Assembly (NCBI RefSeq): GCF_006345805.1 | Contig: NW_021836149.1 | Coordinates: forward strand, 124,001-188,000 | Direction of reading: 5' to 3' | DNA length: 64,000 nt | From: Octopus sinensis | Taxonomy: Eukaryota | Part shown: positions 12,181 through 24,039 of the stretch, in pieces | Layout of the letters: each line of letters begins with the position of its first letter | Numbering within the stretch: the stretch's first letter is position 1 | The notes under the pieces: generated by a model | The model's input: only the letters and a program-made list of their open reading frames with translations | Told to the model about the DNA's origin: nothing | Database searches by the model: none | Made by a program: the position numbers and the translations under genes

Positions 12181-12230
12181 CAAAAACTGTCCGACGAACG
12201 GCAACGGGAAACTCAGAGTAACAGGTTTTG
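12181..12230 (+). ncRNA. Minimal type I hammerhead ribozyme motif (variant core) in the PLE 3' region
   Basis: Stem I CAAAAACTGT/ACAGGTTTTG; core CCGACGA (cf. CUGANGA); stem II CG-GCAA-CG; GAAA; palindromic stem III ACTC-A-GAGT; GUA cleavage triplet at 12218-12220. Confidence 0.7.
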
Positions 12231-12308
12231 TTGAATTTTCTGCTGCTTTGAATAAAGCATATTACTCTACCACTGGTATTTGAGTACTCTTTTTTCCACC
12301 TTGTTTCA

Positions 12309-12327
12309 CATTTATGTGTTTACTCCG

Positions 12328-12359
<32 letters not shown>

Positions 12360-12410
12360 ATGTATGTGTGTGTGTATGTATGTGTGTGTGTGTATGTATA
12401 TATATATGTG

Positions 12411-12442
<32 letters not shown>

Positions 12443-12770
12443 ATGTATATATATGTGTGTGTGTGTGTGTGTATGTATATGTGTGTGTGTGTGTATGTAT
12501 ATATATATGTGTGTGTGTGTGTATGTATATATGTGTGTGTGTGTGTATGTATATATATATGTGTGTGTGTGTGTATGTATATATATATATGTGTGTGTGT
12601 GTATGTATATATATATATGTGTGTGTGTGTATATATATATATGTGTGTGTGTGTATGTATATATGTGTGTGTGTGTGTGTGTGTATGTATATATATACAC
12701 ACACACACATATATATGTATATACATGTATGTATTTATGTGTATGTATATATATATATATAGAGAGAGAG
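12309..12770. repeat. Compound (TG)n/(TA)n microsatellite ending in (AG)n
   Basis: Direct reading; explains the VC/YI/HT-rich ORFs in the track. Confidence 0.95.
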
Positions 12771-13035
12771 AGGGCACTAAAGTGATCGAGGGTTCTAATT
12801 AGTACCAGTATTGCTAGAAATAAGAGTCAACGCAACTCAAAAGTCACAAAGCACTATCTTAATGACTGACAAGAGGAGGTAAGCATCCAGCGGATATAGG
12901 CAAATTGCCTCAGGTTAAACTCAACTTCCTTTGTCAGTCATTAAGATAGTGCTTTGTGGCTTTTGAGTTGTTTTGACTCTTATTTCTAGCAATACTGGTA
13001 CTAATTAGTACCCTCTGTCATTTTAGTGACCTCTG
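12769..13035. mobile_element. Fold-back MITE with ~110-bp terminal inverted repeats
   Basis: AGAGGGCACTAAAGTGATCGAGGGTTCTAATTAGTACCAGTATTGCTAGAAATAAGAGTCAA... is mirrored by ...TTGACTCTTATTTCTAGCAATACTGGTACTAATTAGTACCCTCTGTCATTTTAGTGACCTCT, with a short unique centre. Confidence 0.85.
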
Positions 13036-14616
13036 TTAATTTGCTTTTAGGTTGTTAAATCACTAATGAGCCACCCATATTATTTGTTTTATACACACAC
13101 AAACACACTTATATAATAAATTACAAGCTGAAGATAGGTCTACTACATCATCATCACAGTGGACTTAGACTGATAATAATAAGAACAACAACACCAACAC
13201 AAATATCAGTTACAATAACCTCACAAACAAAATGTCTGGAAGACATTTTCAGGAACAGAAAATTATTCTCTTATAAAAACAGAAATCTGTTACTTTTGTC
13301 TTTGTTTACCAATATTTTATTTAGAAATACTTCCTTCTTTTAAAAAGCTTCAGTCTATATAGATGGAAATATTGTGAAGTATATATGCCACTTAAATGTG
13401 GCTAACCACTAAGGGTGGATGCTACTGTAGCTTGTAGCCCCAGGAGAACATCTTCTCCAGCTGGCTATTAACACACTTTCTGTGCCCTATAAGTATTTAC
13501 AAAGGGAAGCCATCCTTCCCATCGTCGACCTGACGTGATACGTACGTATGGACCCGGGTTTCTGTGTATTTACCCATCATTGGGTAAATACCCAGAATAC
13601 CCAGTAAATACCCAGGTATTTATACCTCGTTAAGAGATTTATCATTGATGGAAATATCATTTTCTGAAAATATTAACCAACATATACCTTCATGAAAAGT
13701 TCATACACAAAAAAAAAAAACACACACAAATAAAAAACTTAAATCCCTTGTTTCAGAATTATTATAAGTAACATGCCCATTTAGTCATTTTATTGATACG
13801 GGGTCCTTACATATCATGGAAGAATCAACTAAAATTTTGATTAGCTGAATAACACTACAAACCAGATCCCGATCTGCTAAATATGATTTTTCTTCTAGTT
13901 CAAAGTCTGTTTTGGCTGCAACATGCACATAAAGATTTATACCCTACAATGTTTTTTAAACAAAAAACCTGAAGTAACAAGCAATCCTTTTTCCCCACCT
14001 CTCTCCCTTTCGCATATGTATGTCAAACTTGTGAATACATGTACCCAATATATTTTCAGTAAAACTATTATATGGAAACACTTATGTGAAAATGCATTTG
14101 TGTGTGCTGTGAAAACCTGCAATGAAAAACCCATGGGTGCAGTTAAGAGGGGAATTCATCTTGAGTTACGTCCCTTGCAGAAAGGTCAGATTTTCTTCAA
14201 GGTGTGAAGGGTAACTGCTTGCAAAGTGGGATTGCAGCTTGGATGCAGTTGGTATGGGGTTGATGTATGTACAGGGGAGGGGGAGAAAGAAAGGATGAGC
14301 TGGATTCTTTGATTTACTTCTCAGCCATTTTACATACTCCAAAAAGAAAGACTTCCCAATATTTAAAAATTACCAGAATCTCCTTTTCTATATATCATAT
14401 AAAGATTAAAATGTGCTTTGTATAATGTATATTGTTTATTCAAAACTGTACATAAGTCATTGAAGAAAAATACAAATGGCAAAACTAGAAAATGTAAACA
14501 AGATTCGGTTTCATTCTGTTATAATTTTACAATCAATGAAAAAATAATACAATGTTAAACCACATGCAAACATATTTGAAAAATAGATTTATACATGAAA
14601 GCATATTTATAAATAG

Positions 14617-15000
14617 ATTAGCAGTATCGCCCGGCGTTGCTCAGGTTTGTAAGGAAATAACTATAAAGCATTTTTAGAGAGTTATAGCCAAAAATAGCAA
14701 AAAATGGAAAAAAATTATGGTAAATTTTTTTTTGATAGTTAAAAAAGGTGGAGTTGCGTCCCCTACACAGTTTGTGGTTTGAGTTCCTGATTCTCGACCC
14801 CATGTCGAATTTATCGATTTTTTTCAGAACTGGGGGAACTTTTCAAAATTTTTGCTGCGTTAGTTTTGAATTATGACATTGGGCTATGTGTGTGTCAAGT
14901 TTCATCAGAATCAGTTGAAAGCCGTGGTCAGGGTGAGGGTACAAGCAAACAGACACACAGAAACACGCACAGACAAACTGCCGTTTATATAGAGAGAGAT
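14617..15000 (+). mobile_element. Non-autonomous Helentron/HINE (DINE-1/Lep1-like) element
   Basis: 5' A(C/T)TAGCAGTATCGCCCGGCGTTGCTC, AAGTTTCATCAGAATC box, ACAG/AC microsatellite, 3' TTTATATAGAGAGAGAT followed by T; termini shared with 50652-51042. Confidence 0.65.
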
Positions 15001-15309
15001 TTATAAAAGTATAGTTCATATATATAGTTCTTTTATTAGCTTCGATTTTTCATTTTTAGCACTTTTTCAACTTCTATTCTTTAGCACTTTTATTTGGCAA
15101 CACTAAAAGGCAGTGATAGCATCCATTGGGGCCAAATAAATGTATCAAATATATTTCGACAAGGATTTGCCTTATTTATGCATACTTTTCAGTTACTGCC
15201 TTTTAATAATTTTGAAGTTAGAAATGAATTCACGATGAAAGTAATTGATTAGGCTTCCTATGGAAGTTTCCCACTTCCAACAGAGGATGAAAGAAAGCTC
15301 CTAAGAATT

Positions 15310-15565
15310 GTGTGGAAGTGCATGGCTTAGTGGTTAGGGTGTTGGACTCATGATCATAAGTTTGTGATTTTGATTCGTGTATCAGGTGATGTTGTGTTTC
15401 TAAGCAAAATACTTCATTCCACTGACGTTCCAGTCCACACAGCTGGCAAAAATGAGTAACCCTGCGATGGCCCTGCGTGCTGTCCAGGTGAGGTATTTTT
15501 GTGCCATGGAAACTGGGAAACCAGCCCTTATGAATTGGCATGACTTGAAAAAGTAACTTTACCTT
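15310..15565 (+). mobile_element. tRNA-derived SINE (family F, older relative of C)
   Basis: Head TGGCTTAGTGGTTAGGG; 3' GAAACTGGGAAACCAGCCCTTATGA is similar to family C. Related fragments at ~21990-22105 (-), 23120, 23870 and 61855. Confidence 0.65.
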
Positions 15566-15582
15566 CTACCTTGGAATTGCTA

Positions 15583-15890
15583 TGTGGAGGCACATGGCCT
15601 AGTGGTTAGTGCAGTGGACTCGTGGTCAAAGGATCGCGGGTTCGAATCTCAGACCGGGCAATGTGTGTGTTTATGAGCGAAACACCTAAGCTCCACGCAG
15701 CTCTGGCAGAAGGTAATGGCAAAACTTCTGCTGACTCTTTTGCCACAACTTTCTCTCAGCCTTCCCTCCTGCATCTTGCAGCTCACCTGCAACAGACCGG
15801 CGTCCCGTCCACGTGGGGAACCTATATGCCAAGGAAACCGGGAAACTGGCCCTAATGAGCTAGGTGTGGCTTGAGAAGGAACAACCAACA
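15583..15890 (+). mobile_element. SINE family C with 12-bp TSD
   Basis: TSD ACCTTGGAATTG at 15568-15579 and 15891-15902; A-box and GGTTCGAATC B-box. Confidence 0.9.
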
Positions 15891-16414
15891 ACCTTGGAAT
15901 TGTTGAAAATTTCAGCTGTGCCTGACTCAGTAGTATGGTAAATTTTGCTTTTCAACCCTCCAGGGTTGATAAATTGCCTATCAAATATTGAGGTTGATAT
16001 AACTGACTGTCCCTTCCAAATTTCTGAATTTGTACCTATGTCAGAAATTATTTATTAGCCCAAGAAGTGTGATGGATTGGCAAAATTGTTAGACCAGCTG
16101 ACAAAATAGTTTGCAATATTTACCATGTCTCTTTATATTCTGAGTTCACATTCTGCCAAAGTCAATTTTACTTATCTTTCTAGGGTCGACACAATAAAGT
16201 AGCAGTCAAGTACAAGGGGTGATATTAGTAACAGTTCCAGTAGACAACAAGTTGGCAGAATTGTTATGATGCCAGAAAAAAATGCTTAATGGCATTTCAT
16301 CAGAATTTACATTCCAAGTTCAAATGCCACCAGGGTCAACCTCGCCTTTCATCTTATCGAGGTCAATAAAATAAGTACCAATTGAACATTGGGGTTGATG
16401 TAATTGACATATCT

Positions 16415-16810
16415 CATCATCATCATCATCATTTAATGTCCATTGTCCATGCTGGTATGGGTTTGACTGGGCTGGCACACAGGAAGGCTGCACCAGATTC
16501 CAGTCTGATTTGGTATGGTTTTCTACGGCTGGATGCCCTTCCTAACACCAACCATTCTGAGAGTGTAATGGGTGCTTTTACGTGCCACCAGCATGGGTGC
16601 CATTTGCATGACATCGGGGTGTGTTTACATGCCACTGGCACAGGTGCCAATTTGCATGACACTGGTATCTTACACGACTGATTTTGCTCACCTTGATGGG
16701 TTGTCTTCTCAATGCTTGGCTTGATGGGTCATCTCAATGCTCGGCCTGATAAGTCTTCTCAATGTTCAGCTTGATGGGTCTTCTTCTCAATGCTCAGCTT
16801 GATAAGTCTT
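16415..16810 (-). mobile_element. Family E element plus a ~24-bp tandem minisatellite (16691-16810)
   Basis: (CAT)n tail and reverse family E core; TCTTCTCAATGCT.GCTTGAT(GG/AA)GTC repeated about 5 times. Confidence 0.7.
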
Positions 16811-16864
16811 ACTCCCTCAAAATTCCAGGCCTTGTGCCAAAATTTGAAACCAATATTACTTTGA

Positions 16865-17084
16865 CCCTTTAGTGTTCACATTACTCTGTTAAATGTATTC
16901 CTTATCTATTTCATTGTTTTTGAATTGCTCATGCATTATCTCATGGCTTCAAGATTTTGATGATGTGGTAGTTTCTTTTTAAACTGATATTGTAGAATAA
17001 GTGTGAGAAGCCAAATCTGGTCTGCTTGAACATAAAGCAGGTAGACTATTTTGGTCTGATATGACAGGTTTAAATGCTAAAGGG
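16865..17084. mobile_element. piggyBac-type MITE (220 bp)
   Basis: TIR CCCTTTAG...CTAAAGGG, flanked by TTGA (16861) and TTAA (17085). Confidence 0.65.
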
Positions 17085-17085
17085 T

Positions 17086-17510
17086 TAAGGTGGTGAGCTG
17101 GCAGAATCATTAAGTGTGTGTGTATATGTTTGTGTGTTTGTGTTTGTCCCCCTAGCATTGCTTGACAACTGATGCTGGTGTGTTTACGTCCCCGTCACTT
17201 AGCGGTTCAGCAAAAGAGACCAATAGAATAAGTACTGGGCTTCCAAAGAATAAGTCCCGGGGTCGATTTGCTCGATTAAAGGCGGTGCTCCAGCATGGCT
17301 GCAGTCAAATGACTGAAACAAGTAAAAGAGTATGCCAGACAAAAATGCTTAGTGGTATTTTGTCTGTTTTTACATTCTGAGTTCAAATTCCATCAAGGAA
17401 AACTTGGCCTTTCATCCTTTAAAGACTGATAAAATAAGTATCAATCGAACACTAGGGTCAACGTAATCGATTTTACCCCTCCCCCCAAACCTTCTGGCCT
17501 TTTGCCAAAA
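17086..17510 (+). mobile_element. SINE-B interrupted by the 3' half of a SINE-A (~17112-17330)
   Basis: B head AAGGTGGTGAGCTGGCAGAATCATTA, then family A 3' sequence ending GAAACAAGTAAAAGAGTA, then B resumes at TGCCAGACAAAAATGCTTAG. Confidence 0.75.
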
Positions 17511-17809
17511 TTTTAAACTAGTTTTAATGACAGCTCCCTCGACTCAGTTGTGGCTAAGATGGACATTATTTGCCTTTAGATAAACCCTAATCAAGTTGAT
17601 GCATAAGACATTCTAGCCAGATACTTTGTATTAAGGAATATATTGTTCAACATGTCCTTCTTTTCTGATTTGAAAGAACGTCCACATAGAGATACTCTCA
17701 TTTTGCTATTGTTTAGTGAAGTAGAAAAACCATGCATTCACCTCAATATTTAGGTAAAAATGTTAATAGATTTTCTGCAACAGTTTCCCAAATCTAGATT
17801 GAACTCTAT

Positions 17810-18206
17810 CTCTTTTTCTCTTTTTACTTGTTTCAGTCGTTTTGACAGTGGCCATGCTGGAGCACCGCCTTTAATCGAGCAACTCGACCCTGGGACTTAT
17901 TCTTTGTAAGCCCAGTACTTATTCTATCGGTCTCTTTTGCCGAACCGCTAAGTGACGGGGACGTAAACACACCAGCATCGGTTGTCAAGCAATGCTAGGG
18001 GAACAAACACAGACACACAAACACACACGCACATACATATATATACGACGGGCTTCTTTCAGTTTCCGTCTACCAAATCCACTCACAAGGCTTTGGTCGG
18101 CCCGAGGCTATAGTAGAAGACACTTGCCCAAGGTGCCACGCAGTGGGACTGAACCCGGAACCATGTGGTTGGTAAACAAGCTACTTACCACACAGCCACT
18201 CCTGCG
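17810..18206 (-). mobile_element. SINE family A (full length, young)
   Basis: Complete reverse copy with many CpGs retained. Confidence 0.9.
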
Positions 18207-19867
18207 CCTATCTCCACATTGTTTATCCCAATACCTCATGCATTGTAGTAACATTGCATTCAGCTTTATCTACTCTCTCAAGTGCTTCCATCCTGTCTAT
18301 AAACTAATCATCAATCACTTAGGCTACACCAAATATTGTATACTACATATTTATGTACAGCATGACTTGCTGAGTATATGATTAACTAGAATCCTATTAA
18401 ATCTCAGGCTTTCAGTGTAACTGACTTTGCACCAAAGGCAGAGGTCTGATATCTATGTGATTAGAATATCTGATTCATGGTTTATGTATTGTTGATGTAT
18501 GCATCTACAGCAAGAGTTGCAATTTGTCTTTGTAAACTAATAATTTATTGTAGTTGCATCCCTTCAGCTGGGTCCCTGATTGGGCAAGTATTGTTAAAAA
18601 CGTATGACTACACCTTCATTTTACAAATACCATCATTAACTACCATATATCAACCAAAGAGTGTTCAAGGAACAAGTCAATTAACTAACAAGCCATCTTC
18701 ATATGAAATATTTTCTGATTATTTTGTCATCTCTGTGTTAGTGATGTTTTAATTTTTATATGTAGCCAGTCATCCACTTCATTTTTATATTACAAACCTT
18801 TGTTTGTTTCATTCCATAATCCTTATTAAAGATTCAGTAGTTCTTAGTGCTGCTTTCTTCATCCTCATTATCAGAGACATGTTTTATCTTTTCATGTCCT
18901 TTGTTTCCTCTTGCATCCTGTAGACTTTTACATAAAGGAAAACATCATCATCATCGCTGCCGCTGCCATCACTTCCACCATCAGCAACAATAACAACATT
19001 ACCACCACCACCACCATCACCACCACCACCGTCACCACTACCACCCTCATCATCGCTATCATCGTTTTTATTTTATGTACAGTTTTCCACTGATATGGGC
19101 TGGTTGGGGCAGCGAGGATTAATTCAAAACAACAAACCCATATGGTGATTCTACTTACTAGAAATATCCCCCAAAATCTCTCTTTCAGACCATGTTCTAC
19201 AATCTTAAAAACAGAGACATTGGATAATATATTCCAAGATAGATATTACCAGGAAAAGAGAATACTGGGAAATGTATAAATATATATCTATACACCACTG
19301 ACAACAGAAAGGTTAATAAACTATAGAAAATTTGTGATGATGATGATAATGATGATGATGATGTCAATGATGATTAAAAAAATATTTGCCAGATAAGACT
19401 GGAGCCTGGCACAGCCTCCTGGCTTCCCAGACCCCAGTCGAACCGTCCAGCCCATGCTAGCATGGAAAACGGAATGTTAAACGATGATGATGATGATGAT
19501 CCCAAGATTAAATTGAAAAATTACAGATTAGCCTTGTGACATCTCTAATCAAGCAGAACTATGTTCAAAAGTGTTTCATATAAAGTTCCATTTCTTTTTA
19601 GAGCTATATTATCCAACATGCTGTTCTTTCTTTCATAATAAGGTGTTTTTTAAGAGAGATTTGATTGCTATTTCTTTCAGGTTAAGTGACTGGGTATTGA
19701 TCCTAAGCATCCTTGTTTTCTCGACAGAATACACAGTCGGTTTCAGTAATTTCCTGTTTGATTTTTTATGTCAGTAGTATACAAGTTCTCTTATTTCGGG
19801 GCTAAAATTATGGCCGTGATTACAGAGGATGAAGAGCACAGGTGACTAATGTCTTGTTTTCTTACAG

Positions 19868-19954
19868 ATAAGCAAAACAGAGACTACTGCCACTAGTATT
19901 CCAAGCAGTATGCACAACATGATTGAGTTGACAAAAGGCAATAAGAACAAATAA
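19868..19954 (+). CDS. Candidate exon (ISKTETTATSIPSSMHNMIELTKGNKNK*)
   Basis: Textbook 3' splice site with branch point (gactaatgtcttgttttcttacag|); phase-0 frame open to TAA at 19952; possible donor AGCA|gtatgc at 19907/8. Confidence 0.25.
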   Translation: MSKTETTATSIPSSMHNMIELTKGNKNK

Positions 19955-20059
19955 TTCTAACATGTCTTTTAAGAATGTGATTTAAATATATTCAGATGCT
20001 ATATGCGAAGGTTATTTTCAAAAGTCTAAGCACTTTCTCAAATTCTTCAGTTATCATTT

Positions 20060-20345
20060 GATGTTGCCAGTGCCACTGGACTGGCTCCTGTGCAGGTGGC
20101 ACATAAAAAGCACCATTTGAGCATGGCCGTTGCCAGTGCCACCAGACTGGCCCTCATGCCGGTGGCACATAAAAGCACTCACTACACTCTTGGAGTGGTT
20201 GGCTTTAGGAAGGGCATCCGGCTGTAGAAACTCTGCCAGATTAGATTGGAGCCTGATGCAGCCATCTGTTTCACCAGACTTCAGTCAAATCGTCCAACCC
20301 ATGCTAGCAGGGAAAGCAGACGTTAAACAATGATGATGATGATGA
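20060..20345 (+). mobile_element. Family E element
   Basis: Two GGTGGCAC hairpin units plus the family E core and (GAT)n tail. Confidence 0.8.
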
Positions 20346-20597
20346 TAAGTAATCAAACCTATGTTTTAATAAGTATGTATTTAGATTTTCCAGGCCTTGT
20401 TGATAAACCACAGAACATTTGATAACTGAGAACAAGAAACAAACTGAGTCACAATTTTTATTAAAGTTACATCAATAATCACTTATTTTCAAAAAGTTTA
20501 AGCTTAGCCTCTGTCTCTAATTCATTGTACCTTAGTTATCATTCGATGGATAAGTAGATATAAACAAACCCACCATATGTTTTAACAAATATGTTAT

Positions 20598-20755
20598 AGG
20601 AGTGGCTGTGTGGTAAGTAGCTTGCTTACGAACCACATGGTTCCAAGTTCAGTCCCACTGCGTAGCAACTTGGTCAAGTGTCTTCTACTATGGCCTCAGA
20701 CTGACCAAAGCCTTGTGAGTGGATTTGGTAGACAGAAACTGAAAGAAGCCCATTG

Positions 20756-20798
<43 letters not shown>

Positions 20799-21026
20799 GA
20801 GTGTATATGTTTGTGTGTCTGTGTTTGTACACCCCTCCCCAACATCACTTGACAAGTGATGCTGGTGTGTTTATGTCCCCATAACTTAATGGTTCAGCAA
20901 AAGATACCGATAGAATAAGTACTAGGTTTACAAAGAAGAAGTTGTGGGGTCAATTTGCTCGACTACAGGCGGTGCTCCAGCATGGCCACAGTCAAATGAC
21001 TGAAACAAGTAAAAGAGTAAAAGAGA
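20598..21026 (+). mobile_element. SINE family A (full length)
   Basis: AGGAGTGGCTGTGTGG head, internal (TA)n/(TG)n, GTAAAAGAGTAAAAGAG tail. Confidence 0.9.
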
Positions 21027-22164
21027 GTTACCAAGCCTTGTGGTTAAGCCACAAAACTTCTGATAGCAAACAGTAAGACACAAACTGATTAGTTTTGAGT
21101 CCCATTAAAATTACATCAGGGATCACTCTCTTCTGCAGTTTGGAAGGTATCATTAATCAATCCGTGATGAATTTTTATCAAAAGACAAAAGTAATTGCTT
21201 TAAGCCTTGTTCCATATTACCAAATCCTTTGTGATATCACCACTGGCATTAATTTTGCTGTGAAATATATCTTAAACTATCGGTACATATTAGTCTGTAA
21301 CTCCCACTGTTCTAGTACTTTGGTTATCTTTCATGGAGGCTAAGAAGTTTGTGAAGTTGTATTGATACGCTTATAAATGATTCTAGGAGATTGAGACATT
21401 AATTGATAAATAGTCTATTAGTGACAACATTGCAGATTTAAGTTAACAATAAACTTAGAAACGTATTATTCACTTTCAATTCATGTATTAGTGGAAGTAT
21501 ATCTTATATTTATACATTCGGTAAAAATGATTATCGGTTAGAATCCAGTCACAAATAATGTTAGAATTCAGATCACTACTACTACTACTACTATGACGAC
21601 GACAACTTCTACTACTACTCTGAATAATCTTTTCTTCTCTAGGTATAAGGCCCAAAAGTTTGGGGGATTGGGGGTGGAGGGGCAGTCGACTAGATTGACC
21701 TCAGTATGCAACTGATACTTAATTTATCGACCCCAAGAGGATGAAAGGCAAAGTCAACCTCAGCAGAATTTGAACTCAGAATGTTAGGACAGACAAAATA
21801 CTACTAAACTACTATGAATAATAATGATAAACCTTTCTACTATAGACACAAAGCCTGAAATGTTGCCAAACGACCTGCACAAATGATCTGTTTATAGTGA
21901 TCAAATGATCTGTTTATAGTGATCAAATGCATTAGCTCACTCACTCCACCAAATCGATGTTGTCTGATCAGGTGCAAAGCGATTGCAGAGCAATGTGAGA
22001 TGAAGTGTTTTGCGCAAGAACACAACACACCACCCGGTCTAGGATTTGAAACCATGATCTCTCGATTGTGAGTGCAACACCCTAACCACTAGGCCATGTG
22101 TCTTCACAGTAGTAATCATAATAATAATCATAATAATAATAATAATAATGATAATAATAATTAG

Positions 22165-22386
22165 GCCAGATATATGTTTCTTTATTACCCACAAGGGGCT
22201 AAACATAGAGGAGACAAACAAACAAATTAAGTCGATTACATCGACCCCTGTGCGTAACTGGTACTTAATTTATCGACCCTGAAAGGATGAAAGGCAAAGT
22301 CGACCTCGGTGGAATTTGAACTCAGAACGTAGTGGCAGACGAAATACGGCTACGCATTTCGCCCTGTGTGCTTACAGTTCTGCCAG
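22165..22386 (-). mobile_element. SINE family B
   Basis: Reverse family B sequence; abuts the RLE LINE fragment through CCAG microhomology. Confidence 0.85.
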
Positions 22387-22760
22387 ATATAGTTGTCAGA
22401 GATCCTGAAGGGAAGAAAAAAAATACTTTCTAATTGATGTATCAATACCAGCAGATGACAACATGTCTCTAAAAGAAATGGAGAAACTTTCAAAATACAA
22501 AGACCTGAAAATAGAGATAACTCGAATGTAGGATCTAAAAACAGAAACAATTCCTATCATAGTAGGTGCATTAGGCATGATAAAAAAAAATATTCAGACA
22601 AATACATAACAAAAACACCAGGACTTAAAAATATATATAACATACAGAAAATTGCACTACTGGGCACTGCACACATCCTACGCAAAACACTTTCAATACA
22701 GTAACCATAAGAGCATCACAGCAAATCACAGCACATACACAGAGCTGCACTTGGTAGTGA
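22382..22760 (+). pseudogene. 3' fragment of an RLE-type non-LTR retrotransposon (R4/Dong-like): restriction-like endonuclease domain
   Basis: PDIVVRD..FLIDVSIPADDNMSLKEMEKLSKYKDLKIEITRM*DLKTETIPIIVGALG..IQKIALLGTAHILRKTLSIQ* (stop 22702-22704), with a frameshift and a stop. Confidence 0.85.
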
Positions 22761-23404
22761 AGTGCACCTCCACAGTGAAGATGTCATTTCTTACTTAAAT
22801 ACTTACTTTAAATAATTATTTAGTATTATGGATTTCTATTATATCTTTGGTTTCTAACAAATAATTTTGCTTTCAATATAAACAAAGAAAACATTGCAAA
22901 GAAGTATTTAAGTGTTTCATTAAATATGGCTTTAAAGTTCCCTTTAAAGATAAGTTGCCTGAATAAAGAAAGCTTGAGGGAAATAATCTAGTTACTAGAA
23001 AAGGTAGCTTTGATAGTTTTGAAGTGCCATGCGATCTATATAATCCAACTCTTAACCTATGGGCTTATTCTTATAAGAACACATACACACACACACACCC
23101 ACACACAAATAAACATATATGTGTGGCCTAGAGGTAAGTGTGTTGCACTCACAGTTGTAAGATTGTGCTTTTGATTCCCAGGCCAATGACATGTGTTTTT
23201 GAGCAAAATATTCCATTTCACTTTGGTCTAATTCACTATTATATAACCCAGCAACAGACCAGCATTCCATTCATGGGGAATAGTCGTTGGCCCATCTAAC
23301 CAGTGAGCAAGCAAATATTCTCACCTAACAATATGAGAAGTGCATTGTGAAGAGTGGTGTATAACAATATGTGATAGTCTGCTTCAATACAGCAATATAC
23401 TCCT

Positions 23405-23800
23405 TTATTCTTTTACTTTTTTCAGTCATTTGATTGCAGCCATGCTGGAGCACTGCTTTTAGTCGAGCAAATCGACCCCAGGACTTATTCTTTGCAAGCC
23501 TAGTACTTATTCTCTTGGATTCTTTTGCTGAACTGCTAAGTTACGGGGATGTAAACACATCACCATCGGTTGTCAAGCAATGTTGGGGGGACAAACACAG
23601 ACACACAAACATATACATACATACATACATACATATACACAACGGTCTTCTTTCAATTTTTGTCTACCAAATCCATTCACAAGGCTTTGGTTGGCCTGAG
23701 TCTATAGTAGAAGACACTTGCCCAAGGTGCCATGCAGTGGGGATGAACCCGGAACCATGTGGTTGTTAAGCAAGCTACTTACCACACAGTCACTTCTGCA
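23405..23800 (-). mobile_element. SINE family A
   Basis: Reverse family A sequence. Confidence 0.85.
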
Positions 23801-24039
23801 CCTATGAGCCACTCCAGCACCTATATGTTCATATATATTTATAGACATGTATATTGGTTAGGGTGCATAGCCCTGTGGTTATAGTGCTGTGTTCACAATT
23901 TTGAGACCGGGGTTATAATTTCTGTACTTGGCCTTGTGTTGTGTTCTTAAGCAAAACTCTGCAATCACTTCAACACCTGACTTGTTGTACACCATGTACC
24001 TGTTCAAAGGAACATCAATTTGAAGCACATATACATAAC

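Larger units (their letters stand above)
8919..12309 (+). mobile_element. Penelope-like retroelement (probably Naiad-like), 5'-truncated, with a long 3' region containing a hammerhead motif
   Basis: The frame continues upstream of the ATG (DLFEFIRK) to a stop inside an ATATATATAA run at 8911-8920. The 3' region is CpG-richer than flanks, contains a hammerhead motif and AATAAA (12251), and ends at (TA)n at ~12309. The 3' boundary is inferred. Confidence 0.8.

Noticed and set aside
12280-12802. Long ORFs such as 160-aa VC/YI/HT repeats (also at 27987-28507, 31446-32056, 41396-42371, 46248-46828, 54709-55698)
   Set aside because: Translations of di-, tri- and tetranucleotide microsatellites, open in multiple frames on both strands.
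21661-21685. G-quadruplex motif GGGGGATTGGGGGTGGAGGGG
   Set aside because: Only three tracts of G3 or more, and it lies in a degenerate SINE tail.
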